50,607 bases of DNA. Origin: Malacoraja senta. Its lineage: Eukaryota. The position numbers and the translations under genes are program-made. Positions within the stretch are counted from its first letter, which is position 1. Every line of letters begins with the position of its first letter. Shown in pieces: positions 34,041-45,446 of this stretch. Below the pieces are notes generated by a model, which was given only the letters and a program-made list of their open reading frames with translations, was not told the origin of the DNA and did no database searches. The stretch is taken from positions 12,028,001-12,078,607 of the forward strand of contig CM075990.1 of NCBI GenBank assembly GCA_038087875.1, given 5' to 3'.

Positions 34041-34263
34041 ACAGACACAAAATGCTGGAGTACCTCAGTGGGACAGGCAGCATCTCTGGAGAGAAGGAAT
34101 GGGTGACGTTTCATGTCTGTAGTTCCTTCCTACACGAAGAAGGGACTTGACCTGAAACGTCAACCATTCCTTCTCTCCAGAGATGCTGCCTGTCCCGCTG
34201 AGTTACCCCAGCATTTTGTGTCTATCCTCAGTGTAAACCAGCATCTGCAGTTCCTTCTTGCAC
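34041..34263. mobile_element. Penelope-like composite (minus arm, tail stub, plus unit)
   Basis: ..GTTCCTTCCTACAC|GAAGAAGGG.. junction. Confidence 0.72.
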
Positions 34264-34373
34264 AAAAACTAAATGATGCATCTATCTCCACTGGAAGTAA
34301 AGGACTTCATGGTGCTGTTTGTTTTGAAGTGTGTGAATTCACCTAAGTTATTGACTGATGTATCTCCTTGTTA

Positions 34374-34581
34374 CCTAGGGACAATTTCACCCTTTACCGT
34401 TGCCAATCAACCTACAAACCTGCACGTCTTTGGAGTGTGTGTGGAAACTGGAGCATCCAGGGAAAACCCACGCAAGTCACGTGGAGAATGTACAAACACA
34501 ATACAGTCCATAGTCAGGATCGACAGTGGGTCTCCGGTGGTGTTCGGCAGCAACTCTACCGCTGCGCCACCATGCTGCCCC
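34374..34581 (-). mobile_element. HE1 SINE 5' half
   Basis: CTCTACCGCTGCGCCACCATGCTGCCC. Confidence 0.78.
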
Positions 34582-35033
34582 CAAATGATCCTTACACCAT
34601 AGTAGATACATTTGAGCCTGCCCCCCCCCCCCCAATGCAGCCCCTGCCCACAGATCTTATTTTATCCTCAAGACATTTCTCCCCAGAATCAAGATGAGTC
34701 TTGATTCTGAAGTTGGAAGTTAAGATAGTGCAGTGTACTGATAAGATAAATATGATAGATTGAGAATTTCAACAACTGTAAGAATTTAAGCTGCTTACAC
34801 CCCTTCTTGACTCTGTTAATTTACCATAATCTTAAATCATTGCTGTTCCAGCTAATGAGAAACTTCGCAAGACTGCCTGAAAACACGCAGAACCAATAAA
34901 TATATTCTTAGAAAAATATTGTGTTTCGGAAAATGTGAATTATTTCCAGGGCATTACTTATCTTTGAATACATCCGTGAACTTGTAACACTATTAGATTG
35001 GAAAATTACCCCCTTATCCCCTTTAAGCCCTTT

Positions 35034-35342
35034 GGGGCGCAACGGTGGAGTTGCTGCCTCACAGCGCCTGAGACCCGGGTTCGATCCTGACTACGGGTGC
35101 TGTCTGTACGGAGTTTATATGTTCACCCCGTGACCTGCGTGGGTTTTCTCCGAGATCTTCTGTTTCCTCCTGCACTCCAAAGACGTACGGGTTTATGGGT
35201 TAATTGCTTTGGTATAAATGTAAATTGTCCCTCGTGTGTGCAGGTTGGTGTTGATGTGTGGGGATCACTGGTCGCGCGGACCCGGTGGACCGAAGGGTCT
35301 GTTTCCACGCTTTATCGCTTAAACTAAATCTAAAAACTAAAA
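35034..35342 (+). mobile_element. HE1-type V-SINE
   Basis: CCCGGGTTCGATCCTGACTACGGG B-box region. Confidence 0.87.
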
Positions 35343-35354
35343 CTCATCAACTAA

Positions 35355-35683
35355 ATAGGCATAAAAAGCTGGAGTAAATAAAGTAAATAAAGTAAATAAA
35401 GTTTCTATTCTATTCTATTCTATTCTAACTCAGCGGGACAGGCAGCATCTCTGGAGAGAAGGAATGGTTGATGTTTTGGGTTGAGATCCTTCAGACGTTA
35501 GTTTAGAGATACAGTGCGGAAACAGGCCCTTCGTCCCACCGAGTCCGCACCGACCAGCAATCCCCGCTTAATAATACACTAGACGGCAGCATCTCTCCAG
35601 AGATGCTGCCTGTCCTGCTGAGTTACTCCAGCTTTTTGTATCTATCTTCGGTTTAAACCAGCATCTGCAGTTCCTTCCTACAC
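35355..35683. mobile_element. Penelope-like units with an inserted simple-repeat tail and an HE1 tail (35497-35567)
   Basis: GGAGTAA[(ATAAAGTAA)n..(TATTC)n]TAACTCAG. Confidence 0.7.
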
Positions 35684-36397
35684 AACTGAATAGGCATGTT
35701 ATACATGCACTTGCAAGGATTGGCAGTGTCTCTATTACAAATTTAGCTGTAGGCAATCAGGTTAGAGATTGTGTTACTATAATATCCTGGTTCCTGTGAT
35801 CATCCAACTACTAATGTACATCTACAAACTATTGTATGAACAGTGTTCGATGGCTCTCCTATGAAGGGAGAAAAGAAGAGAAACTGATGAAAGGATGTGT
35901 CTCCGGGGACGAGAGGTTGATGTTAAATGCATCAACACAAGTAAAGTTTGTGTATGCACGCAGCTGCTGTCACTTCTTTGGAAGGGATTGTGATGAATTG
36001 TTTCCACTTCAGTTCCGTCGCTACTGAACTGCTGATGAGATAAATGTGGAATCTACAGACCTCACCACGGATGAGACGGGAGGAGCCTGGTGGGTGTGTG
36101 GATCTCCCATTTTGAGAAGCTGCACACTCCTGCCGCTTATGCTGAGCTTCTGTGCACCTGAATACATGGACTGGAGGCCCACGATTGCCATCCAGAATGA
36201 CCCCTCTCCATTCTGAGCAGTTATCTTCTGAATCTGTAGTCGGGAGGGCAGTACTCTGCATATTGCCAACTTAGGGTGCCCCCACAGTGGGTGGGGAGGC
36301 TGCACAGTTTTCACGGAGGCTTTGAGAACAGTCTTGATCTGTTCCACCGTTGGATTTGCAATCAACAAAGTTTCTAACCTCTCTACCACGGTGGTAG

Positions 36398-36798
36398 AGT
36401 CAAGAGTCAAGAGAGTTTATTGTCATGTGTCCCTGACAGGACAATGAAATTCTTGCTTTGCTTCAGCACACAGGACATAGTAGGCATTGACTACAAAACA
36501 GATCAGTGTGTCCATATACCATTATATACGTAAATACACACATGAATAAATAAACTGACAAAGTGCAAATAACAGATAATGGGCTATTAATGTTCAGAGT
36601 TTTGTCCGAGCCAAGTTTAATAGCCTGATGGCTGTGGGGAAGTAGCTATTCCTGAACCTGGACGTTGCGGTCTTCGGGCTCCTGTACCTTCTACCTGAAG
36701 GTAGCAGGGAGATGAGTGTGTGGCCAGGATGGTGTGGGTCCTTGATGATATTGCCAGCCTTTTTGAGGCAGCGACTGCGATAGATCCCCTCGATGGAC
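36398..36798 (-). mobile_element. Rex1/Babar LINE C-terminus plus 3' UTR, family B
   Basis: IYRSRCLKKAGNIIKDPHHPGHTLISLLPSGRRYRS..SRFRNSYFPTAIRLLN. Confidence 0.9.
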
Positions 36799-36807
36799 CC
36801 CACCCAC

Positions 36808-37071
36808 GAGTTCGCTCCTGACTGCGGGTGCTGTCTGTACAGCGTTTGTACGTTCTCCCCGTGACCACGTGGGGTTTTCTCCGAGATCTTCGGTTTCCTT
36901 CCATACTCCAAAGGCGTACAGGTTTGTAGGTTAATTGGCTTGGTGTGTGTGTAAATTGTCCCAAGTGCGTGTAGGACAGTGTGTTAGTGTGCGGGGATCA
37001 CGGGCTGGTGCGGACTCGGTGGGCCGAAGGGCCTGTTTCCGCACTGTATCTCTAAACTAAAACTAAACTAA
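36808..37071 (+). mobile_element. HE1-type V-SINE
   Basis: Body and tail present. Confidence 0.85.
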
Positions 37072-37578
37072 GCTATTATTGCACCCAGCATAACGCTGCC
37101 TTAGCACAGGGAAAACAAGGTATCACATCCATGGCTCGCCAGAGCTATTTCTCCCCACCATGCATGTGTTTTAAAACAAAATTAGTGTTGCTGGCACATT
37201 TTGTGTAGGTTGGGCCCCAATAAACATCAAGGCTACGCATTGAGAGCAAGCATTGCTAATAATTCGGCCAGTGATTCCGATTAGCTTTACAGATGTTTGC
37301 TAATCCTCGGTGCACATTTTCAAGCAAAATCCTTAACTGGTTGGAAGGATTCTGTCAGCTTTCACACTTCCTAGCTTCATTGTAGATTTCACGCTCCAAA
37401 CACGATTATCATTCTCCCCTGAATAGAATCGAGTTGCCTTCACAAGCACCCGGACACTCCAAGTTCCAAGCAATCGGACACATTATTTTCGATAGTTTTG
37501 AATATTTTTGCCTTCCACTTGTATTTTCTCCGCGTGTTACCAAAACAAAAGTTCCTAGTAAACTTCAAAACTACAACG

Positions 37579-38541
37579 TTTTTTTAATTTTTTTTATTTT
37601 TTATTTTTATTTATTAGAAGTACATTACATTACAACCAATTACATTAGTACTCATCACGTATATCTTATTACAATTAATGTACTCCGTCATTTTTTACAC
37701 TGATAAAAAGGAAAGGTTGAGATTAAGAAAAAAGAGAAAGTGAAGGAAAATAGTGAAGGTGTAAAAACGTGACAACAAGAAAGAACAGAGACCCTGTAGA
37801 AAAGAAATTAAAAAGAAAGGATTAAGAGATAGACCCTAAAGAAGAAAAAAAAGAGAAAGAGGAAAAAAGAGAAAAACAAATACTTTGTTATAAGCATCAC
37901 GCAAATGCGACATACCAACTCTCCAGCTTTCATCCTCCTTTACCTGACCTCAGTTTTTTTTTAAGTACTTTTGCACCCTATACTTGTAATAATTCTATAA
38001 ATGCAGACCACGTCAGGTGGAAGTGATCTGGTTTACCTGCCAGGAGGAGTCTTATCTCTTCTAGGTGTAATGTTTCAAACATATTTGAAATCCACATGTT
38101 TATAGTTGGTATTGGAGCGTTTTTCCAGAATTTTAGGATTAACTTTTTTCCAGTTATTAACCCATAGTCTATTAATTTCTTTTGAAACACATTTAGTTCA
38201 GGACTATCTTCCGTTGTTCCGAAGATAATCCATTCTGCTTTTGGTATCAGATTTATTTTAAATAATTTTGTAAAGATTTCAAACATTTCATTCCAAAACA
38301 TTTGAATTTTTGTACAAAAAACAAATGAGTGCGCTATAGTAGCTTCTTGAGATTGACATTTATCACAAATGGATGATACATTGGGGAAAATTTTATGAAT
38401 TTTAGTTTTTGAATAATATAATCTATGTAAAATTTTAAATTGTATTAAAGTGTGTCTTACATTAATCAAACATTTATGCACGTTTAATAAATGTTCATTC
38501 CACCTTTCCTTTGAGATTTTAATAGCTAATTCTTGTTCCCA
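37579..38541 (-). mobile_element. L1 LINE family 2, 5'-truncated (ORF2 C-terminus at 37978-38541)
   Basis: IQFKILHRLYYSK..CDKC..HSFVFC zf-RVT; TSD core CAAAACTACAA at 37566-37576 and 38542-38552. Confidence 0.92.
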
Positions 38542-38617
38542 CAAAACTACAAAGGTAACACACATTTTGGTCACTCGTTGCTCGAAAGGAATGGGCTTTA
38601 AATTAGGGTCTAATTAA

Positions 38618-38793
38618 CACACACACTAGGGACAGTTTTACCAAAGCCAATTAACCTACAAACCTGTACGTCTTTGGAGTGTGAGAGAAAACCCTCGCGG
38701 TCACGGGAAGAAAGTACAAACTCCGTACAGACAGCACCCATAGTCAGAATCGATCCCGGGTGTCTAGCTCTGTAAGGCAGCAGCTCTACTGCT
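38618..38793 (-). mobile_element. HE1 SINE fragment
   Basis: Body match. Confidence 0.8.
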
Positions 38794-38829
38794 GGGCTGC
38801 CCGTTGTCCTGCAAGGCTGCATGTTCAGC

Positions 38830-39343
38830 TGCGTACTATACTCCCTACACACTCATGGCTCTGCTCCGATTCCATTTACGGGTTTGCAGACAACCCCACA
38901 GTGGGCTGGATCTCAAACAACGAACAAGTGCAGGAGAAAGATACTGATCTCAGTAATATTGTATCAAAATAACAGCCTGTTCATTGTCATAGGAGCAGAA
39001 GTACGCCATTCGGCCCATCAAGTCTACTCCACCATTCAATCATGCCTGATCTATCTTTCCCTCTCAACCCCATTATCCTGCCTTCTCCCCATAACCCCCG
39101 CCTGTTCATTGTTGGCTAGATAAAGGAATTGGCCATCCACCTCAGGAAATGGGGTGGATTACATGCATTAGTCGGCATCAATGGGGCTGAAGTGGAGATG
39201 AACTGGAGCTTCAGGTCCCTAGTCGTAAATAGCACCAACAATTTGTTTTGGTTCAACCATATTGATGCCTCAGCAAAGAAATCACACCAATGCCTCTGCT
39301 TCAACAGCACACTGAAGAAATTCAGCATGTCTCCAATGAAACT
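38830..39343 (+). mobile_element. Degenerate Rex1/Babar RT fragment, with a nested CR1 tail (minus, 38986-39098)
   Basis: LYSLHTH, SIYGFADN (FADD-like), INGAEVE..NHIDASAKKSHQ..LKKFSMSP. Confidence 0.78.
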
Positions 39344-39386
39344 GCTGGAAAATGGTGCTGAGGTAGAAGATCAGCCACGATCTAAA

Positions 39387-39514
39387 TCTGAAGAAGGGTC
39401 TCGACCCGAAACATCACCCATTCCTTCTCCAGAGATGCTTCCTGTCCTGCTGAGTTATTCCAGCATTTTGTGTCTATCTTTGGTTTAAACCAGCATCTGC
39501 AGTTCCTTTCTACA
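39387..39514 (+). mobile_element. Penelope-like unit
   Basis: CTGAAGAAGGGTCTCGACCCGAAACATC (ACGT changed to ACAT). Confidence 0.77.
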
Positions 39515-39819
39515 CGATCTTACAGACTGTAAGTCCGGTATTAAAGGGTCATGTGGCCTGTTCTTATTGGAGTTCTTATGCAAGTAGCGACATTGTCAGG
39601 CCAGGATAGGGTGCGACTTGAATTGACATCAGAAGGTTATGGTGTTCCTATGCCCTTGCAGCTGTGTTCTTCTTGGAGGCCAAGGTTACAGCTGAGCATA
39701 GTGCACTGGGAGCAGTCTATATGAGCGACTGCAGTGTGTTTAGTAAACTCTGCACAATACAGCTAAAGCATACGACAGGAGAGGCGAGGAAGGTGAGTTG
39801 GTTACTACAGGAGATTCAG

Positions 39820-40122
39820 TATAGTTTAGTTTAGAGATACAGCGCGGAAACAGGCCCTTCAGCCCACCGAGTCCGTACTGACCAGCGACCCTCCCCCCCC
39901 CCCGCATTACACTATCCTACACACACTGGGGACAATTTACATTTATACCAGCCCAATTAACCTACAAACCTGTACGTCTTGAGATTGTGGGAGGGAACCA
40001 AAGATCTCGGAAAGAACCCACTCGGGTCACGGGGAGAACGTACAAACTCCATACAGACAAGCACCCGTAGTCAGAACCTGGTTCTCTGACACTGTAAGGC
40101 AGCAACTCTACCACTGCACCAC
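39820..40122 (-). mobile_element. HE1-type V-SINE
   Basis: Near full length. Confidence 0.86.
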
Positions 40123-41334
40123 AGTCTCTGATTGTGCTTCATATCCTGCACAAACTGTGACATATAACCCATCTTGTTAGACTAATGATCACGAGAGCTC
40201 CCAGCGTCCTTGCCAACCTTCATCCCTTGAGTGCCACTGAAAATGGATGGCTGTCTATTTCCATGCTGTTTGTTTGTTGGTCAGAATCATGCCCATTTGA
40301 CTCTATTGTGATGGCAAGTGCTTTATCAGCCACGTAGCACTCTGGATGACGCTGAGTTAGTGCAAGGCTAACTCTGATTCCGTTTCTATCTTTACTCTGG
40401 TCCTTTGTTAACGATATGACACAAAAGTGACAGAAATCCAGAGTCGTGTCTTAATTGGGCTGCATCGGGTCTGATTACTGGAACCATAATCTCAGCCAAA
40501 CGTGGAATCCACGGCGTTCCCACGTATCTGGGAATAATTTCATGTGAGATCCCGCACGCACAGGGAAAGATGCCTCTATTTCAATGCAGTTGGGAGGCTG
40601 TGCAGAACAGTGCAGCTCAGCCAAGCTTCCTTCATGCTTGTTAGCGTAAGAGCCCGCTGATTTGGACCTGCTCCCTGCTTGAATGTGAGTTTGTTTTCAC
40701 GCCAGCTAGTTAGTAAAAGATTGTGTGTGTCAGAATTGCCTTTCTTTTGCCTGAGGTAGTTGATATCATTACATCCAAACTGATATTTTTGTTCCTAATT
40801 AAACCCTCCAGCTAATGAATCTTGTATCTAATTAGTTTATTTATAATCCAGAAAATTAGCCTGTTTGGGTTTAAAATTCAGCTGTTTTGTTGGATCCACA
40901 AACGCTCCTGTTTTTTTTCTCCGACATGTTAACATGCCTTTTTCTCTCAGTATTAAAAGGAAAGACTCCACTTTGACTGTAAAGTCTCCTGATGTCAATT
41001 TGTTTCGATGTGAAAATAATTAACTGTATCAGCGAGAGGCAGTCGCATGATCAACAGGCGCATATGGCCAGATTATTGAACAGCTGCTACTCTGCGAATC
41101 ACACTGCCTGATGAAGCAGCAATATAGCTGAAGATATGGTCACTCCACCAGCTGCACTTTGAGGGAAGGAACCGAATAATTTTTCTTTAACTTGTAACAT
41201 CAAGAAAATCAGTCCATTATTCACTGTGTTAGAAATTTAAAGACAACATGTAGATGCTGGAAATGTGGAATTACAATGCTGGAAAAACTCGGCGGGTGAG
41301 GCAGCGTCTGCAGAATGGGAAACAGAGTCGATAT

Positions 41335-41965
41335 GTGTAGGGCGGAACTGCAGATGCTGGTTTAAACCAAAGATAGACGCAAAAAGCTGGAGTCAAGGGC
41401 CAGTCCCACTTGGGCGACCTAATCCGCGAGTTCTGGCGAGTTTGCCCTTATTCGCAGAATGGTCGACACGAGGTCGTAGGAAGTCTTTGTAACTCTCCTT
41501 CATGCTCGAGAGTGGTCTCCCCGTACTCGAGGCCTCAGCTAGGTCACGCGGTTTTTTCAATATGTTAAAAAATGCCCGCGAGTAAAAAAAGGTCGCCATG
41601 GAAAAAAATCGATACTTTTTTTACTCGTAGATTTAGTCGTAGTAGGTCGGCATGTTAGTCGTAGGTAATTGAGGGTAGTCGTAGATAGTCTTCATCATAG
41701 TCGAACGGAGGTCGAAGGAGATCGAAGGAGATCATCTTCACTCTCCAGCAGTCGGTGTCCAATTTTCCCGAAGTTAGTCGTAGCTAGTCGAAGCTGGTCT
41801 CCAACATAGTCGAAGGAAGTCTTCAACATGTCACTTTTTCAAACTCTTCTAAACTCGCCAATTAGGTCACCCAAGTGGGACAGCCCCTTAACTCAGTGAG
41901 TCAGGCAGTGTCCCTGGAGAAGAGGAACAGGTGACGTTTCGTGTCGAGACCTATCTCCAGTCTGA
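41335..41965 (-). mobile_element. Penelope-like unit interrupted by a MITE
   Basis: GCTGGAG[MITE]TAACTCAG. Confidence 0.75.
41396..41888. mobile_element. PIF/Harbinger-type MITE, family D (inverted relative to 12707)
   Basis: TIR AGGGCCAGTCCCACTTGGG / CCCAAGTGGGACAGCCCCT; flanks TCA/TAA. Confidence 0.88.
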
Positions 41966-42001
41966 CTTCACAGTTCACAGTTACAATTAACAGGTAATCG
42001 C

Positions 42002-42080
42002 CAAAAGCTGGAGTAACTCAGCAGGTCAGGCAGCATCTCTGGAGAAAAGTTGTCGTTTTGGGTTGAGACCCTTCTTCAGA
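42002..42080 (-). mobile_element. Penelope-like unit fragment
   Basis: Ends GAGACCCTTCTTCAGAC. Confidence 0.68.
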
Positions 42081-42189
42081 CAGAGTTGATTTTTCAGGTT
42101 GAAGATCCTTTGTTACAATTGAATTATCTTGAACCATCAAAGCTGCTCTCAAACACGATAGCTAGATACACTGCAACATCCCAAATGAA

Positions 42190-42790
42190 AGATAGCACCA
42201 GGAGTTTAATTCAGATAAGTGCGAGGTGTTTTATTTGGGTCAAATCAGGTAGAACCCTGGCGAGCGTGATGGAACACCTTGGAGTGAAAGTACATAATTC
42301 TCTGAGAGCGGTGTCGCAGGTGAACAGGGTGGAGAAGGTGGTTTTTGATATGCTGGTGTTCAGTGGTAAGGGCATTGGGTATAGGCATTGCGACATTGTG
42401 TTGCAGGTGTACACGATGTTGGTGAGGCTGCACTTGGGGTATGTGCCTGGTTTTGGCCGCACTTAGGATAGGAAAGATGGTATTAAGCTGGAAAGAGTGC
42501 AAAGAAGATTCATGAGGATGTTGCCAGGACTCGAGGGTCTGAGTTGCAACCTTCACCTGGTCCGCCCTGTTTCGACGAATGCAATCAACCTGGTGTGCAC
42601 AATCAAATAAGATCAAATAGAGTTGTCCTACGCAAGAAGAAGAAGAGTTATCGGGAGAGGTTGGGCAGGCTGGGACTTTATTCCTTGGAGCTGCAGGAGA
42701 CTGAGGGGTCATTTGATCGCCATTATAAAAATCACGAGGGTAAAAGATAAGATGAATGAGCAGCCTTTTTTCACTAGGTGGAGGACTCAG
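42190..42790 (+). mobile_element. Degenerate CR1 ORF2 fragment
   Basis: LGVKVHNSL..QVNRVEK..LVRLHL; LERVQRRFMRMLPGLEGL; YRERLGRLGLYSLE. Confidence 0.85.
42546..42644 (+). mobile_element. Short retroposed insert with an (AAG)n tail
   Basis: GAGTT direct repeats at 42541-42545 and 42645-42649; interrupts CR1. Confidence 0.6.
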
Positions 42791-42855
42791 GACCTAGAGG
42801 GAGACAAGGATCTGTGGATGTTGGAATCTTGAGCACAACACAACAAAAGGAGGAA

Positions 42856-43083
42856 TGTTTAAGAAGGAACTGCTGGAAGAAGATGCTGGAAAATCGAAGG
42901 TAGACAAAAATGCTGGAGAAACTCAGCGGGTGAGGCAGCATCTCTGGAGCGAAGGAAATAGGCAACGTTTCGGGTCGAAACCCTTCTTCAGACTGAAGAA
43001 GGGTTTCGACCCGAAACGTTGCCTATTTCCTTCGCTCCATAGATGCTGCCTCACCCGCTGAGTTTCTCCAGCATTTTTGTCTA
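42856..43083. mobile_element. Penelope-like inverted pair forming a 183-bp palindrome
   Basis: 91-bp arms, 1-nt spacer at 42992, one mismatch; ACAACAAAAGG direct repeats outside. Confidence 0.88.
42964..43020. ncRNA. Two back-to-back minimal hammerhead motifs (minus 42964-42991, plus 42993-43020)
   Basis: CTGAAGA A GGGT TTCG ACCC GAAAC GTT on each strand. Confidence 0.7.
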
Positions 43084-43094
43084 ACAACAAAAGG

Positions 43095-43180
43095 GGGGGG
43101 TCTCAACCCAAAACATCACCCGTTCCTTCTCTCCAGAGATGCTGCCTGTCCCGCTGAGTTACTCCAGCATTTTGTGTGTC
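43095..43180 (+). mobile_element. Penelope-like unit fragment
   Basis: GGGTCTCAACCCAAAACATCACC...GAGTTACTCCAGC. Confidence 0.68.
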
Positions 43181-43192
43181 CAACAACAAAAC

Positions 43193-43473
43193 ACTCCCTC
43201 TTCTCCCCTCTCCCATCAGGCAAGAGGTAGAGAAATGTGAATACACACACACGTCCAGATTCAGGGGCAGTTTCTTGCCAGCTGTTATCGGGCAACTGAA
43301 CCAACCGACCAACAACTAGAGAGAGGACCTGAGCTACTATCTACCTCCCTTGATCATGTATCTGTACACTGTGGACGGCTCGATTGTAATCGTGTGTTGT
43401 CTTTCCACTGACTGGTTAGCACGCAACAAAGCTTTTCACTGTACCTCAGTACATGTGACAAACTAAACTAAAA
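43193..43473 (+). mobile_element. Rex1/Babar 3' end, family A
   Basis: CTCCCATCAGGCAAGAGGTA...CACTGTACCTCAGTACATGTGACA. Confidence 0.75.
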
Positions 43474-44256
43474 CATGCTTGAGGAAGGTGGTGGGTGAGG
43501 GATGTTTCAGGTTGGGGCCTTCTGTGGAGGGAATGGATAGGCAACCTTGCGGGTCTGGATTCATCCCTTTTTGCTCCCATTTAAAAAAAGGCTATCCGTG
43601 TCAAGCCCATTATGTGAAGGAAGTTTGGATTCTCTCTGGAGCATTTGTAATCCCTGGCACATCAGCTGTTTACAGCACAAAACTCCATCTTGTGTGTTGC
43701 TTCTTCCTTCTGCTTGGCAATGAATGTGTGTCCAGGAATCTGGATGCAAGCACAGATGTAATACTTGACTGGAACTGCAGCCTTGGCGGTGATATTGGCT
43801 CTCTAATTCTAATCTGTGGTTAAAGTGGAGCTTTAACAATGTTCATCACAACACGTCGAAGACCTAACCTTCGAGTGTGTCTTTTGGGGAAAAATACAAA
43901 CTCCCCATCCGTAACTCAACTGGCTATAAATCTGTAAAATTAATATTCTCGACCTCCAGGTGCATTGTCTTGTTTGTGTGGTGGAAATCCGTGGCTCTCT
44001 TGGACATTAATTTTTCAAATTATCCGTCGTCTTCAAAAGGAGGAAGATATATTTCTCGTTCGCCTTATTGCTTGTATCACAGAACAAGCAGGATGGCTTT
44101 GAGAGCCCCTGCAGTGAAATGGTAAGCAGGCTTGAAAATGGTAATACCTCAAATCCTGCTTTGATCTGTTTCCTGAAACAACGAATGAAATGTCTTTATC
44201 CGTGCACTTGCTTTGGCATCTTCGACAAGTTCTCTGTAGATGGAACGGGAGTTACA

Positions 44257-44608
44257 GTCATAGTCTTGCACCAGAGAAACAGGCCCTTCGGCCCAACTTT
44301 CCCATGCCGACCAACATGCCCCATCTACCTGTCCACATTGGCCCATACACCTCTCAGCCAGTCCCATCCATGTACTTGTCGGAATGTCTTTTAAATGTTG
44401 TTTCAGTACACGCCTCACCTCCTCTGGCAGCTCGTTCCATGTACCCTCCACCCTCTGTGGGGAAAAAGTTACCCTTTGGATAATATTTCCCTTCAAACCT
44501 ATGTCCTCTGGTTCTTGATTCCCCTACTTGGGCTAAAAGCCTCTGAGCGTTTACTCTATCCATTCCCCTCATGATCTTGCACGCCTCTATAAGATCACCC
44601 CTCATCTT
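44257..44608 (-). mobile_element. CR1 LINE 3' end
   Basis: MRGDLIEACKIMRG..ESRTRGHRF. Confidence 0.85.
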
Positions 44609-45446
44609 GCCTTGCACCAAGTTACAAGCACCCAGCACAGAAGTAGACCATTCGCACCCTGCATCTACCAAAGACCAGCACACTTGGTCCCTACTCCCAG
44701 TTCATGCTCTAAAACTCTGCAACTTATTTTCTCCCCCCGTATTCACTTTTCTTTGGGAAGACGGTCTTTGAGCCTCCTTGCAGGCTGTTTTCCAAATGTT
44801 ATCTCCTCTACATGAGAAAAGGTTATTTTTTGCAGGTTGCTTCTGGTTCTGTCGAATCGTAAATACTTTGTGAGCACATTTTACCTCTTAGCGCTGATCT
44901 ACGCCACCACTTAGCTTGCTGCTGGAGGAGTAAATGCAGATAAGAAGCAAACAAAAATAACCAGACTTAAGGAGATACTGGGCTAAAAGCTGAATTGGAC
45001 ACCTCTGATGGTTTGTTGCTCTTGCGTCAGCCGTGGTGAAGAGATTTGTGGCGGTGTATCACATTTTGGATTTTTATTGTCCAAGTAATTCAACTGTCGG
45101 TGAATAGGTTTAGTATACTATCAATTTGTAATTTGTGGGCAGCATGGAGGTAATGGGGCGAAGAGCCTTTTCTTCTGAGTGCAGGCAGCATTTAACAAGC
45201 GTCTAGATAAACACCTGAACCATCAAGCTTAGAGAACAATGGGCCAAGTGCTGGGTATAGGTTTAATTACAGATGGGTCCCAATGGTCGGCATTGATGTG
45301 GTGGGCTGAATGGCCTTCGTCCAAGCTGCGTGGCTCTGATTCCATGTCATGTTGTGGCATGAAGCTTACTCATGCAGTATTGACATGCAAACCAGTGTCA
45401 TCGTTTTCCATGCAAAAGTACCTGCAATTGCTGAAAGTGGGACTGT

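Noticed and set aside
35932-36410. 109-aa and 129-aa ORFs in unique DNA
   Set aside because: No recognisable motif and no clear splice signals; the start lies in a LINE tail
39763-39798. Strong donor AAG|GTGAGT with a 30-nt candidate exon (AKAYDRRGEEG)
   Set aside because: The acceptor lacks a pyrimidine tract and adjoins an old LINE relic
40752-40773. TGAGGTAGTTG resembles the let-7 5' end
   Set aside because: The match stops after 11 nt and there is no complementary star arm
41108-41140. CTGATGA-AGCAGC..GCT-GAAG as a possible second hammerhead type
   Set aside because: It has GAAG instead of GAAA and no convincing helix I or III
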